From contig CAJTZC010000001.1 of the NCBI GenBank assembly GCA_910583745.1, positions 34,746 through 98,745 of the forward strand: DNA of 64,000 nucleotides, given 5' to 3'. Below, piece by piece: positions 17,542 through 27,151 of this stretch (its first letter is position 1; every line of letters starts with the position of its first letter). The notes below the pieces were generated by a model. The model did no database searches, was not told the origin of the DNA, and worked only from the letters and a program-made list of their open reading frames with translations. The translations under genes and the position numbers were made by a program. This DNA is from an uncultured Bacilli bacterium (lineage in GTDB: Bacteria; Bacillota_I; Bacilli_A; RF39; UBA660).

Positions 17542-19685
17542 CCGAATATCCTCTCCATCGTCTTAGCCATAATTCCCACTTGGTACGCCGTATAGGCATC
17601 TCTATCTTCTTGTGTCGTCGGTACACAGTTCGCGGTGTTATTAGCCGTACAATAATCGTCTGGTTGGGAACAAGCGGCCGTCACTCGTGATGGCACGCCG
17701 TCTGGATAGATGTACTCTGCATAGTAACAACCACCGAGTCCTGGGTGACTTCCCGTGTACCAGTAATCTCCTAAATAGGCGTATCTGCTCATCATCGCTT
17801 CGACGGAATCGTACTGGGCGATGTTTTTGCAGAAGACCTCTACTCCGTGTTCAAATGAAGTGAAAGCTCGACAGTCTTTTCCCCCACCTGTGTTGGTACA
17901 ATTGTAACCGAAGTAATTATAAGAAACGCCTGGGCTGTATCCTTCAATATAACTTCTCGTAACGAAGAGCTCAGGATTTAAGTTCATACTGCTCGCGTGG
18001 TCGTATATCTTTGCGGCTCCTCCATTGTTCAAGATTTCACTCTTAAAGGAGTTACAGCCGTTTCGAGCCTGTTCTTTGCTGAAATCACATGTTCCTGCTT
18101 TGGAATAGTAGTCGTTCAGTTTTGCAATAAATTCTTCTTTCGTATATCTCGACTTATTGAAATCGACTGTTCCCGAACCTGCAGGTCGAGGATCGTCTGG
18201 ATCTACATAGTCTAAGGGCTGTTGGTACGTTCCATTCACTTTTATAGAGAAGTGCAAATGGGCTCCTGTGGAATTGCCACTCGAACCGACTTTACCGATG
18301 ACTTGTCCTCTACTGACGACGTCTCCGACCGCGACAGTGAGGGAACCTTGGTACATGTGGGCATATATCGTGAGGTTACCTTTGGTATCCTCGATTTCCA
18401 CGTAGTTGCCGAAGCCGCCTCCGCATCCGTTGGAGCCGGTCGAAGCACAAGAATTGTTGATGTATTTGACCGTTCCACCTAGGGAAGCGATGATGTTCGC
18501 CTCTCCGAGTGCGCCGGGTATATCTATACCGTTGTGCAGTTTATATTCTCCTGAAATCGGGTGTTTACGCATACCGAATGGACTGCTGATGCGAGTCGCC
18601 TCGGGGTCTCCTGCTGCGAATAGCACTCCGTTTTCTGATGTCGTCTCTCTCGATCCGATAGGCCACCAGTACGCATTGCCCGTGCCAACCGAAGTCGCGA
18701 GTTGTGTTTCGCTGACATGGTCTTTTACGATATTTTTAATATCTTCTATGATGTCGTCGCGAACGACTTGCAGTTCTTCGTCAGCCCAACTGCTCAAATC
18801 TTCGCTCAGTCCGTGGTTTCTTCCGTAGTCTTTAAAGCGACTGACTAGATGAGGCTTGTCGTCGAAATAGGAAGACTCTCTTAAATATTTGTAGTATCCA
18901 TCGATGGAAGCTTTACTCGAAGTCGTATCTTCGATTTTTACGGTTCCCGATGTCCTACGTTTACACTCCTCCGAAGCCGTTTTAAAGTCTTCGTCGTCGA
19001 TGCCTATCCCTGTGATGATGCGGAATTTGTCGAAGAAGTTAAAAGTAAACGTTTCGTTATGAAAGTTTACCATCGCATCGGCATGCTCTACTACCTCGCC
19101 GTTTTCATTTGTCGTCGTATAATGGCAAATTGCCGTATTGACTTTAAACTGTTTGATGAGCTCTTTTAGGGAATCTTGTTCTCGTTTATACATGTTTTCT
19201 CCCGCTTGGACTTCGTAGTTTATCTCTTCTGAGTCGTCGATGTCGAGGACACCCGTTCCCGTGACAAATTCTTCTATGTCTAAACCGTAGAAAATCGTCG
19301 TCAGTACGATGTATTTTTGCTCTTTTGAAAGTCTGTATTTTTTTTCTAACGAATTCAATTTTTCGTAAAATTTCTTTTGGTCTTCTTGTAATTTTTTGGC
19401 CGCCTCTAACTGTTCTTCTGAGCAGTTTTTATCGTCGTCTTCGCATAGACTTGTCCAGTATTCTTCGTATTCCTTCTTTAAATCGTCGGTGACTTGCGCG
19501 TCGTCCGAATAATTTAAGAAGACGTCTGGAACCAAGCCCATTAGGACCCCTGTGCCTAAAAAGATGCCCATGAAAGCGGCGATGCCACCTATTATTGTCA
19601 ATTTGGCATTGAATGGGAGATTATGCCAAAGACTTTTTAATTTGTCGCCAAATGAAATTCCGTTTTGACCCTCGTCTCCCATCAT
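17538..19685 (-). CDS. T4SS-associated cell-wall hydrolase: membrane-anchored protein with M23 (LytM) metallopeptidase domain and Cys-rich C-terminal putative muralytic domain
   Basis: 715 aa with N-terminal TM. M23 motifs HNGIDI ... GNYVEI ... GNSTGAHLHF. C-terminal ~230 aa are Cys/Gly/Tyr-rich. Positionally equivalent to VirB1-like hydrolases of Gram-positive conjugation systems. Confidence 0.7.
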   Translation of the reverse strand: MMGDEGQNGISFGDKLKSLWHNLPFNAKLTIIGGIAAFMGIFLGTGVLMGLVPDVFLNYSDDAQVTDDLKKEYEEYWTSLCEDDDKNCSEEQLEAAKKLQEDQKKFYEKLNSLEKKYRLSKEQKYIVLTTIFYGLDIEEFVTGTGVLDIDDSEEINYEVQAGENMYKREQDSLKELIKQFKVNTAICHYTTTNENGEVVEHADAMVNFHNETFTFNFFDKFRIITGIGIDDEDFKTASEECKRRTSGTVKIEDTTSSKASIDGYYKYLRESSYFDDKPHLVSRFKDYGRNHGLSEDLSSWADEELQVVRDDIIEDIKNIVKDHVSETQLATSVGTGNAYWWPIGSRETTSENGVLFAAGDPEATRISSPFGMRKHPISGEYKLHNGIDIPGALGEANIIASLGGTVKYINNSCASTGSNGCGGGFGNYVEIEDTKGNLTIYAHMYQGSLTVAVGDVVSRGQVIGKVGSSGNSTGAHLHFSIKVNGTYQQPLDYVDPDDPRPAGSGTVDFNKSRYTKEEFIAKLNDYYSKAGTCDFSKEQARNGCNSFKSEILNNGGAAKIYDHASSMNLNPELFVTRSYIEGYSPGVSYNYFGYNCTNTGGGKDCRAFTSFEHGVEVFCKNIAQYDSVEAMMSRYAYLGDYWYTGSHPGLGGCYYAEYIYPDGVPSRVTAACSQPDDYCTANNTANCVPTTQEDRDAYTAYQVGIMAKTMERIFG

Positions 19686-19708
19686 AATGTCAAATCACCT
19701 CTCGTCTA

Positions 19709-21496
19709 TTATAGTCCTCCGCCTGTACCAAATGAATCGAGTTCATCTTGGGTAAGAACTACGTTAATCTGCATGCGGCGAGAACCACATACGAACAATC
19801 CTTGGCCTTGGCTGAAGCGTTTAATAGCCTCAATCTCGTTTTCGTTCAAGTCTATCAGCTTCGCCAAATCTTCTGAAGCCTGTTTTCTCAAGCCCATCGC
19901 GAGGTAATAACTCGCATTGTCGAATATCGCTTTACCGTGCATGAGAATTTTCTCTGCGGCGAAGTCGGTAGGCTGTTGTGTAATGATAATCGTACCTGTG
20001 TTGTATTTACGGCTACGTCTCTGTATCTGTGCGAGGAACTCTGCACCGAGTTCGTTTTGGCTTCCCAACAATACGTGCGCTTCGTCTACGGATAAAATCG
20101 TATTGATATCTTTATCGAGACAGAGGCTCCAAGCATATTTCAAAATGTTGAAGAACAGTGCGTTTCTTATCGATGAATCGGAGTTCATGAGTTCTCTGAT
20201 GTTGAAAACGATGAAGTTGGATTCCGGCTCAATCGTCGTATGTCCATTGAAGTAGTATCTCAACTCTTTCGTTATCGGTCTTATTTTTAATTCCAATCTC
20301 TCCATGACGTCTCTTTCGCGCGTGTGTTCTGGCATAGAAAGAATTCTACCTTTTATGGTCGCGTATACGTCGTCGAATGTAGGGAAATCTTTGCTCTTAA
20401 AGCGACTGAAATCTGTGTTGAAATCGATGTTGAAACGTTTGTATGTATCTTGGACGACATCGCTGAAAAGCGTCAATACGTCATCTTCGATGTCTGGATA
20501 CAAATAAGTCATGAAGGCTTTTAAGGTCGAAAGGGTTCTCGCAAGAACAGAGTACCCTTGTCCGTTTCTTATGTCTTCTTCGTCTTCGTCGATGATGATT
20601 TCCAACGGATTGACCATACCGAGTTCTCCACCTTTACCTAAGTTGATGAAGTCTCCATTAAAGTTTTTAGCCATCTCTTCGAGTTCGCCTTCTGGGTCGA
20701 TGGCGACGATTTTGTACTCGTTTCTGAAGTGGTTTCTGAGCATCAGTTTTGCTGCAGTCGATTTACCTGAACCGGAAGCTCCCAAGATGAGCATGTTCGC
20801 GTTGTTTCTGTTGTGTTCTTTTTTGATCTGGTATAGAAATTGGTTGAATAGGACGACACCGCCGGAGAAGTCTATTCCTAACAAAGTACTCAACCCCGGG
20901 TCTTTGATGCTGTCGAATACGAATGGGTACATTGCTGCGATGGTATTCGAAGGGATTGGCGTTCCAATTCGGTCCTCGATATCCTGTTTTGGGAATATCG
21001 GAATCATGGACTTTAGTACTTTCTCTTGTTCGAACATCAAAGGAATTCCTCTCATGTCCATTCCAGTCATATACGTCTTTATCTCCATTTTTTTGTTTTC
21101 GAGTTCGTCTTCCGTGTCAGCACTTATCATGACGTGCATCTGAAAGTCGAAAATCTTAGCACTGGAAGCAGCAAGTTGTTGTATGAAAGCCTCCAATGAT
21201 TCGTAATCTTGTCTTATTCTCTCTTGCAATGTGTGGTCGTTTTCTTTTTGGAATCTGTCCTTTAAGTCGGCGATTTCTTTGTCTATCATCTTTCTCATCA
21301 ACTCGAAGTCGATAGGAATATGTTTGACGACGACTTTTACTCCTGGAATGTTCGTGATGTTTGCAAGATAGCCGTGGTCTATGAATTTAGGATAGCTTAT
21401 GATTGTGAGAATCGTACAGAACTTCTCTCCCAATCGAAAGCTCGTCGGTCTAAATTCGATGCCCTTAGGGGCCAGTTCGCTTTTTAAACTACTCAT
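19709..21496 (-). CDS. VirB4-family type IV secretion ATPase
   Basis: 595 aa. Walker A ILGASGSGKSTAAK. C-terminal VirB4 signature SVDEAHVLL...RRSRKYNTGTIIITQQPTDF. Confidence 0.8.
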   Translation of the reverse strand: MSSLKSELAPKGIEFRPTSFRLGEKFCTILTIISYPKFIDHGYLANITNIPGVKVVVKHIPIDFELMRKMIDKEIADLKDRFQKENDHTLQERIRQDYESLEAFIQQLAASSAKIFDFQMHVMISADTEDELENKKMEIKTYMTGMDMRGIPLMFEQEKVLKSMIPIFPKQDIEDRIGTPIPSNTIAAMYPFVFDSIKDPGLSTLLGIDFSGGVVLFNQFLYQIKKEHNRNNANMLILGASGSGKSTAAKLMLRNHFRNEYKIVAIDPEGELEEMAKNFNGDFINLGKGGELGMVNPLEIIIDEDEEDIRNGQGYSVLARTLSTLKAFMTYLYPDIEDDVLTLFSDVVQDTYKRFNIDFNTDFSRFKSKDFPTFDDVYATIKGRILSMPEHTRERDVMERLELKIRPITKELRYYFNGHTTIEPESNFIVFNIRELMNSDSSIRNALFFNILKYAWSLCLDKDINTILSVDEAHVLLGSQNELGAEFLAQIQRRSRKYNTGTIIITQQPTDFAAEKILMHGKAIFDNASYYLAMGLRKQASEDLAKLIDLNENEIEAIKRFSQGQGLFVCGSRRMQINVVLTQDELDSFGTGGGL

Positions 21497-22041
21497 TGAC
21501 TCGTCACCGCTCCAAATCTAGAAGATTCTGCTCCGCTGAAGAAGTTATCGATAAGCATGCGCAGGTCGTCGTTGGATACTTGTTTGCTGTTTAAAGTACA
21601 GTTTGCCAAACCACTTATCAAGTTCTGTAAGCGTTTTTGTATAATCTCCGGTTTCTTTTCTCTAAATAAGATAAAGTATTCTGTATCTACTGCATTCATC
21701 TGTGTACTCATGAACATGTTGGCTTTGTTGATATCTTGCATCAAGAGTTTTCGAATGTGTTGGTTGTTCGTGTTGTTGTATTGCACTTGCAAATTTGCAA
21801 GGTATACGTTGATATCGACGGGTCTTCCGGCTGAAATCAACCAGAATTCGTAGTCGAGTGTGTTGTAGAATGTACGAAGTGAGAAGATGACATTGTTTTG
21901 GACATCTTGGTCGAGAATGAAAATGTTTTTTGGCTCTATCTTTACTCCTGTCACAAGAAAGCCATTGTCTAGAAGTATCATACCGTTTTGAATGGCTCTT
22001 ATAGGAATCCAATCTTCGGCAGGTTTATTTGTTGTTGCCAT
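21493..22041 (-). CDS. Hypothetical protein translationally coupled (ATGA overlap) to VirB4; possibly a split-off N-terminal VirB4 domain
   Basis: 182 aa, no TM. 182 + 595 aa approximates a full-length Gram-positive VirB4 (~780-830 aa). Confidence 0.35.
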   Translation of the reverse strand: MATTNKPAEDWIPIRAIQNGMILLDNGFLVTGVKIEPKNIFILDQDVQNNVIFSLRTFYNTLDYEFWLISAGRPVDINVYLANLQVQYNNTNNQHIRKLLMQDINKANMFMSTQMNAVDTEYFILFREKKPEIIQKRLQNLISGLANCTLNSKQVSNDDLRMLIDNFFSGAESSRFGAVTSQ

Positions 22042-22342
22042 TTTTATAGCACCATCCTCTCCATTTGTACGTCCTCTGTCTTACGAAGTAAAACGTGTAT
22101 ATGTTTGTAATCAGTTGTAATACGTTGTGATAATGTGGCACGGGGAAAACTAGAAACGCTGCGACCATGGCTGGCAACAGTATGAGTAGCATTCCCACGA
22201 TTGAGTCTGTATGTATTGCAAACATCATGATGAGTGTAAGTCCTACTCCCGAACTGAATAAAATTAAATCCAATGGAGTGAACAATCCTAGTATCATTTC
22301 CGACTTTTTTGAGTTGGCCGGAATTAAGTATCTGCCATTCAT
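22025..22342 (-). CDS. Small two-TM protein, VirB3/PrgI-like
   Basis: 105 aa with a hydrophobic helical hairpin. Positioned immediately upstream of VirB4 as in Gram-positive T4SS loci. Confidence 0.45.
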   Translation of the reverse strand: MNGRYLIPANSKKSEMILGLFTPLDLILFSSGVGLTLIMMFAIHTDSIVGMLLILLPAMVAAFLVFPVPHYHNVLQLITNIYTFYFVRQRTYKWRGWCYKNGNNK

Positions 22343-22362
22343 CTTTTATTCCTCTTTTCTTC

Positions 22363-24576
22363 TTACTTTTTATCATTTTTATTGCTAGCTTGTTCTGCAG
22401 CTTTCTTATTAGCTTGCTTTGCATCTGAGCGCAATTTCTCTTGAACCCTTTGTTGTTGGTATACTGTATTTTTTTCAATGTCTTTAAGATTTGGTTTAAA
22501 TCCATCTCCACTTAATATAGGATTTCCAGCAGTATCTTTTTTAATATTTCCAGCGGAGTCGCGAGTATATCCCGTTTCGACTATATCAGTTAATGCATCC
22601 AGTTGAGCTTGAGCATCCGCCGCTGTAGAAATGCTACCGATGTCGTCAATTTTAATGCGTTGTGAAGTAACACCTTTAACTCCTTGATGTGCATCAATGA
22701 AGTTGTTCAAACGGCCTGCCGCTTCCATGAATTGAAGTTTTTTGTCTTTGAGTACTTCTGCTTGACGTGAATCGCGCATAGTTTTTGCGCGGTTTTGTAA
22801 CTCTCCATAAGTAAGACCAGTATTTTTATCCACTGATAGTGCTTCAAGTTCAGCGAGAGTTTTACCAGTAACACTATCTACTGACGTTGCACTTGCACCA
22901 GACCTTTTAAACCTTAAATAATCGCTACCATCCATTACAGCTCCAGATTTAATCATATTGTCATAACGTTTGAATTCTGAGTCTGCCTGACTGTATTGAG
23001 CATCATTACGCCAAATGCTCGCAAGTGAATCGTTATAAAGTTTTTTATACTCTTGCAAAACTTCATCTTGATGTTTAATTTTAAGATAATCGTTATCAAG
23101 GCCAGTATATGCCATACTAGCAGAGCCAATAGTTCTACCCATGTCGGAAAGATGACCTCTCGTAGAGCCCATAAATCCCGAATGTGCGTGTGCGTAAGCA
23201 TCTCTGTTTACTCGAGCTGTAACGACATTCTTATTAACATTTCTACGCAAGTTGTTAGCATCTTTTATACTGTGGACATTTCTAGCACCCCAAGCATTTC
23301 GGAAGAATGTTGAAGAAGCACCTCCGACTCCACTTCCGAGTTTCTGAAATACATTTCCATCAGTAGAATTGAAGTTCCTTATAGCATTACCTACCATAGA
23401 TCCAGCAGTTCCTCCGAGGAATGCAGCCATACCACCGACAGGTTTGAGGCTCTTCATCGCGTCTGTTACTAGACCCATGCCCTTGATACCTAGGAGGTCC
23501 ATCAGAAGTTTTGGTGCATCTTTTGCGAACAATAGCAATCCGAATGTCAATAAGACTACAGTTATAATTTTTACTAGGCTTATGCCGTCTTCTGTCATGT
23601 TTCCGAATAGTCTTCCCACTGTGCCTGGAATGAGCGAGATGAGGAAGATTATCAAATACATCACGAGAAGATACATGAAGACTTCGATATAGACTTTTAT
23701 CAATGTATCTATCCAATTCTTTCTGAGTCCTTTTTTATTTGGAAGTAACTCTAGAGTGACTGGTACAGGTGCGATGAGCTGGATTATGGCTAGTTTGCCT
23801 ACTCGCTTTGCTAGGCTTATGCAGAAAATTAACATAAAATACAAGAGCACCAGCCCTGCGGCTGTCGATAAAAACGGTGTATAGTTGTAGTCGCCATTGG
23901 AGACAAAATCGCCATAAGGAGCTATGTTACCTGAGTGTTTGACTGTTTTATACGCTTCACAATAGTAATTGAACGTCGTATCTTTGAGGTATTCTTCGTT
24001 TGTACAATCTAGGGACGTCTTCCCATCGTTCGGATAGAGGAAAGCTGCGTATATCGAGGAGACCATCGTATTCGCGCCGTTTTGAATGTAATAATCGGTA
24101 AGCGAGCTGTAATTGTTTTTGTTCTGTTCGTACAACTCATAGTCGGCCGCGGTTTCGTTGTTCGCCCCTCCTAAAATCAGTGTGGGAATGACTCCCGAAG
24201 AGATGACCATGCTTTGGAACGAATAGAGCTTTGTGAACAACATCGGTGTCATCGAGATGATGACCAAAGCGATGATGACGTCTTTTACAAATGCAGACGC
24301 TCCGATTTTTTTGTCGTTGACCTTGTCCGGGTCGATGATGTAGTTCAGCAAATTGAATGCCAACACAAAGACCATGACGATGCTCAAAATGGTGTACATT
24401 CTCACCGTCACGTTTTTCACTATGCTATCGTCCAAAATAGAAGCATTCGATAAATAGTAGAATACAGCATAGGCCACTTTGGCAAGACTGTAAATACCTT
24501 TATCTATAAGGAAAGTCAGGTTTCTAAAGCCTTTTTCAAGAAAGTTTAGCCCTGTTAATAACAACGGATTAAGCAT
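22363..24576 (-). CDS. VirB6/TrbL-like polytopic membrane protein with ~400-aa hydrophilic C-terminal extension
   Basis: 737 aa. At least 6 TM helices in the N-terminal half, then a soluble Gly/Ser/Ala/Lys-rich C-terminal domain. Typical architecture of Gram-positive VirB6 homologues. Confidence 0.55.
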   Translation of the reverse strand: MLNPLLLTGLNFLEKGFRNLTFLIDKGIYSLAKVAYAVFYYLSNASILDDSIVKNVTVRMYTILSIVMVFVLAFNLLNYIIDPDKVNDKKIGASAFVKDVIIALVIISMTPMLFTKLYSFQSMVISSGVIPTLILGGANNETAADYELYEQNKNNYSSLTDYYIQNGANTMVSSIYAAFLYPNDGKTSLDCTNEEYLKDTTFNYYCEAYKTVKHSGNIAPYGDFVSNGDYNYTPFLSTAAGLVLLYFMLIFCISLAKRVGKLAIIQLIAPVPVTLELLPNKKGLRKNWIDTLIKVYIEVFMYLLVMYLIIFLISLIPGTVGRLFGNMTEDGISLVKIITVVLLTFGLLLFAKDAPKLLMDLLGIKGMGLVTDAMKSLKPVGGMAAFLGGTAGSMVGNAIRNFNSTDGNVFQKLGSGVGGASSTFFRNAWGARNVHSIKDANNLRRNVNKNVVTARVNRDAYAHAHSGFMGSTRGHLSDMGRTIGSASMAYTGLDNDYLKIKHQDEVLQEYKKLYNDSLASIWRNDAQYSQADSEFKRYDNMIKSGAVMDGSDYLRFKRSGASATSVDSVTGKTLAELEALSVDKNTGLTYGELQNRAKTMRDSRQAEVLKDKKLQFMEAAGRLNNFIDAHQGVKGVTSQRIKIDDIGSISTAADAQAQLDALTDIVETGYTRDSAGNIKKDTAGNPILSGDGFKPNLKDIEKNTVYQQQRVQEKLRSDAKQANKKAAEQASNKNDKK

Positions 24577-24582
24577 AAATTA

Positions 24583-25110
24583 TCACCCCGCATTGATGTG
24601 AGACGAGCATTCGGAACCGAATGGGTCGAATATACAAGCACTGCACACCTTTGAATCGTCTGTAATGTTGTCGTTATATTTGGCTATAAAGCCGAAGAGC
24701 GTATAGACAATCGTCGGCAAGAAAACGATGATGATGGCGGCGAGTATCGAGACCATCATTTTGCTCGCCTTTTTTTTCAGTTCGTCCGGTTTTCCATTCG
24801 TCACGACAGAGACAAAACTCATGCTCGCCTTGACGATGATAATGATAGGAAGAATCACTTTTACTAAGAATAAAATAATACCACCGATTCGAATCGTTCC
24901 CGCAAAATCGTGACAGTTGCCATCGAATAAATCCTCTCGATTCGGATCGAATGTCCCTATCTCCGCCTTTTTAGTGGTAGTCGTTCCTCCTCCCCCTGGA
25001 CCATAGTTTGTCGCCGTGTTTGCGGCATTTACTTTTGGCACGAGAAGGAAACAGAAAATAAATACTATTGTAAGAATATAGCTAAACTTCTTCATAATTT
25101 CACCTAGCAA
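24583..25110 (-). CDS. Small secreted protein with signal peptide and two hydrophobic helices (VirB2-like topology)
   Basis: 175 aa. Signal peptide ...VPKVNA-AN. Gly/Thr-rich linker. Two TM helices and a Cys-containing C-terminus. Confidence 0.35.
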   Translation of the reverse strand: MLGEIMKKFSYILTIVFIFCFLLVPKVNAANTATNYGPGGGGTTTTKKAEIGTFDPNREDLFDGNCHDFAGTIRIGGIILFLVKVILPIIIIVKASMSFVSVVTNGKPDELKKKASKMMVSILAAIIIVFLPTIVYTLFGFIAKYNDNITDDSKVCSACIFDPFGSECSSHINAG

Positions 25111-25230
25111 GATTATAACATATAATTCCGTTATAATAAAGCAATAAATTCAAAGACAAGAAAAAAGGTTCACCCTGAATTTTTAGTGAATCTTTTTGTT
25201 TTTTTCTATCATTTTTTTAAAAAATTTCAT

Positions 25231-26046
25231 CTATTTTACTGCGACGTCGTGTTCGACTTTGACTTCGATAGAGAGTGTCTGTTCATCGGCAGATTCTGGT
25301 GCTTCTGTACTCAACCAGAAGACGATTTTAAAGTCTGAATTCGCGTCTTTTATCTGTGCACCTGTCATCATCGTCATCGAACCATCTGCATCGGTTTCTA
25401 ACTCTTCTAAAGTACCAATTCTACTCTCATAGGTTCTTCCATCCCAAGAGTTCGTATAGATATATTTGTATTTCACGTATTTCTTTTCGAGTGGATTTGT
25501 CGTGGAAACGTCGCTCTTTTTCAGTTTGACAGTGTAATTGACTAGATAATCCAATGCGGAGAGGTGTCCAGCTGCATTTTTTATCGTGAATTGTATCGGT
25601 TCGTTTTCTAGACCAATTTCATCAGGAACACCTTTTACATCTTGCAACTGAACGATAGCACTGTTTACATATTCGACTGAGACCAACTCGGAAAGTTCTT
25701 TTTCGGTGTATTGTGGAGTCTCGTCTGGACGCGTTATTTTAAAGAAGTTGTAAGCTTGAAATATAGTAAAAATACTCACTCCTGCGAGGACAAAGCCGAA
25801 GAAAAAGATGAGAAGTGCGATGCGATGGTCGTCGTCCATCATCGATACCCAGATTTCCTCTGTTCTCTTATCGATGTCTTTCGCCGTATACTCTTTTGTT
25901 ATGAGAGTCTCATACGCTCTTTCTACTGCTTTGGAAATTCTTTTTCTTTTCTTTTTTGCTCTTCGCGAATCTTCTTCTTTTTCCAAAGTGTTTTCTGCTA
26001 TAGCGAGGGCTTCTTTTAATTTGTCGATGTTTGGAAACTCTTTCAT
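25231..26046 (-). CDS. Bitopic membrane protein (VirB8-like topology), unknown function
   Basis: 271 aa. Charged N-terminal cytoplasmic part, TM at ~aa 78-100, ~170-aa extracytoplasmic domain. Confidence 0.3.
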   Translation of the reverse strand: MKEFPNIDKLKEALAIAENTLEKEEDSRRAKKKRKRISKAVERAYETLITKEYTAKDIDKRTEEIWVSMMDDDHRIALLIFFFGFVLAGVSIFTIFQAYNFFKITRPDETPQYTEKELSELVSVEYVNSAIVQLQDVKGVPDEIGLENEPIQFTIKNAAGHLSALDYLVNYTVKLKKSDVSTTNPLEKKYVKYKYIYTNSWDGRTYESRIGTLEELETDADGSMTMMTGAQIKDANSDFKIVFWLSTEAPESADEQTLSIEVKVEHDVAVK

Positions 26047-26062
26047 CAGGGATCACCTCTTT

Positions 26063-27151
26063 TTAATCGTTTTTTCTTCTAAGAATTTGTCTTCTTTCAA
26101 CGTCAGGCTTTGGTGTCTCGGCATTGCTCTTCTTCACCAAAGGAATCATCGTATCTTTCAGCATCTCTTTTTTTTGTACTTCGACATCATCAGGTAAGAC
26201 GATATCTCTAAAAGATTTGGTTTCTTCTCTTGTATTTTTTTCTACGTTTAAGTTAGGAAGTTCCGCCGTATTTTCTGTAATCTTGCCAGTAGAACTTATC
26301 TTTGGCAATTCTACGGTATCTATGTTTTCGTCTTTCTTAACTGTAAGCGGCAGTTCTATCGCTTTCGTTTCTGAACTCATCTCTTTATTGTCTCTCTTTG
26401 GAAGGACGACATTTTTATGCTCGATACGTTCTTTTTCTTTATTTTCTAATTCGCGTGAAAGTTTCTCTTCTTCCACTTCCTTTGTTGTTTTTACGTTGTC
26501 GATTTGGTTTTTTAATACGTACAGTTTGAATATTTTTATCATATCGAAGACGATGACTGCCAACGCTGGAACGAATACGACCATAAACCATCCCATTTTG
26601 GTAGCTAGGAAAAATTGGAGTCTTCCCAACTGTGGCAATCGACCGACGACTTTTCCAATCAAGTTCATCTGTGTGACAGTTCCGCCATCTTTTGTCGCAT
26701 TGTTGTCTCCCTTTGTGCTAAGCTGGTATTCGCCTTTCTCGTTTTTTGAAATGCCGACGACTCTATGTGTAACTGTCACTCCATAGTTAATATCCCAATT
26801 TGAGATAAACGTGATGATATCTCCCACTTTGAGTTTGCTGATATCGTAATCGCGTGCGATGACGACATCGTACACCTCGACATTCGGTTCCATACTTCCG
26901 GAGATTATCGTGTAGAGTCCGAAAGGTGGTGTATATTCTATTCCTTTGTTTTTATATGCTTTTGCCTTCGTGTTGAAGTAGAACATTAAAGAGCCCACGA
27001 CAACGAGTACTATCAATATGATAGTACATGCAACCGATAAAAATTTAGATATAAGTCTCCATAAATAAGAACTTTTAATAGATTTTACCATAAAAGAAAT
27101 CTGATTAAAAACGTCCCCTTCTTTATCCTTTTTATTCATACTGTTCACCAA
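26063..27151 (-). CDS. sipW: Signal peptidase I of the SipW (ER/archaeal Sec11) type, with ~150-aa Lys/Glu-rich C-terminal extension
   Basis: 362 aa. SGSMEP catalytic Ser box (ISGSMEPNVEVYDVVIA), VTHRVV, TKGDNN, and a C-terminal TM (GWFMVVFVPALAVIVF), all as in B. subtilis SipW. Extension carries four (E/V)LP-containing repeats. Confidence 0.75.
   Translation of the reverse strand: MVNSMNKKDKEGDVFNQISFMVKSIKSSYLWRLISKFLSVACTIILIVLVVVGSLMFYFNTKAKAYKNKGIEYTPPFGLYTIISGSMEPNVEVYDVVIARDYDISKLKVGDIITFISNWDINYGVTVTHRVVGISKNEKGEYQLSTKGDNNATKDGGTVTQMNLIGKVVGRLPQLGRLQFFLATKMGWFMVVFVPALAVIVFDMIKIFKLYVLKNQIDNVKTTKEVEEEKLSRELENKEKERIEHKNVVLPKRDNKEMSSETKAIELPLTVKKDENIDTVELPKISSTGKITENTAELPNLNVEKNTREETKSFRDIVLPDDVEVQKKEMLKDTMIPLVKKSNAETPKPDVERRQILRRKND

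Noticed and set aside
11285-27151. Searched this block, and the rest of the window, for relaxase, integrase/recombinase, replication-initiator or phage structural genes
   Set aside because: None recognised by motif. No HUH/Y-recombinase/Ser-recombinase signatures and no capsid/terminase-like ORFs. The cluster was therefore not called an ICE or prophage.
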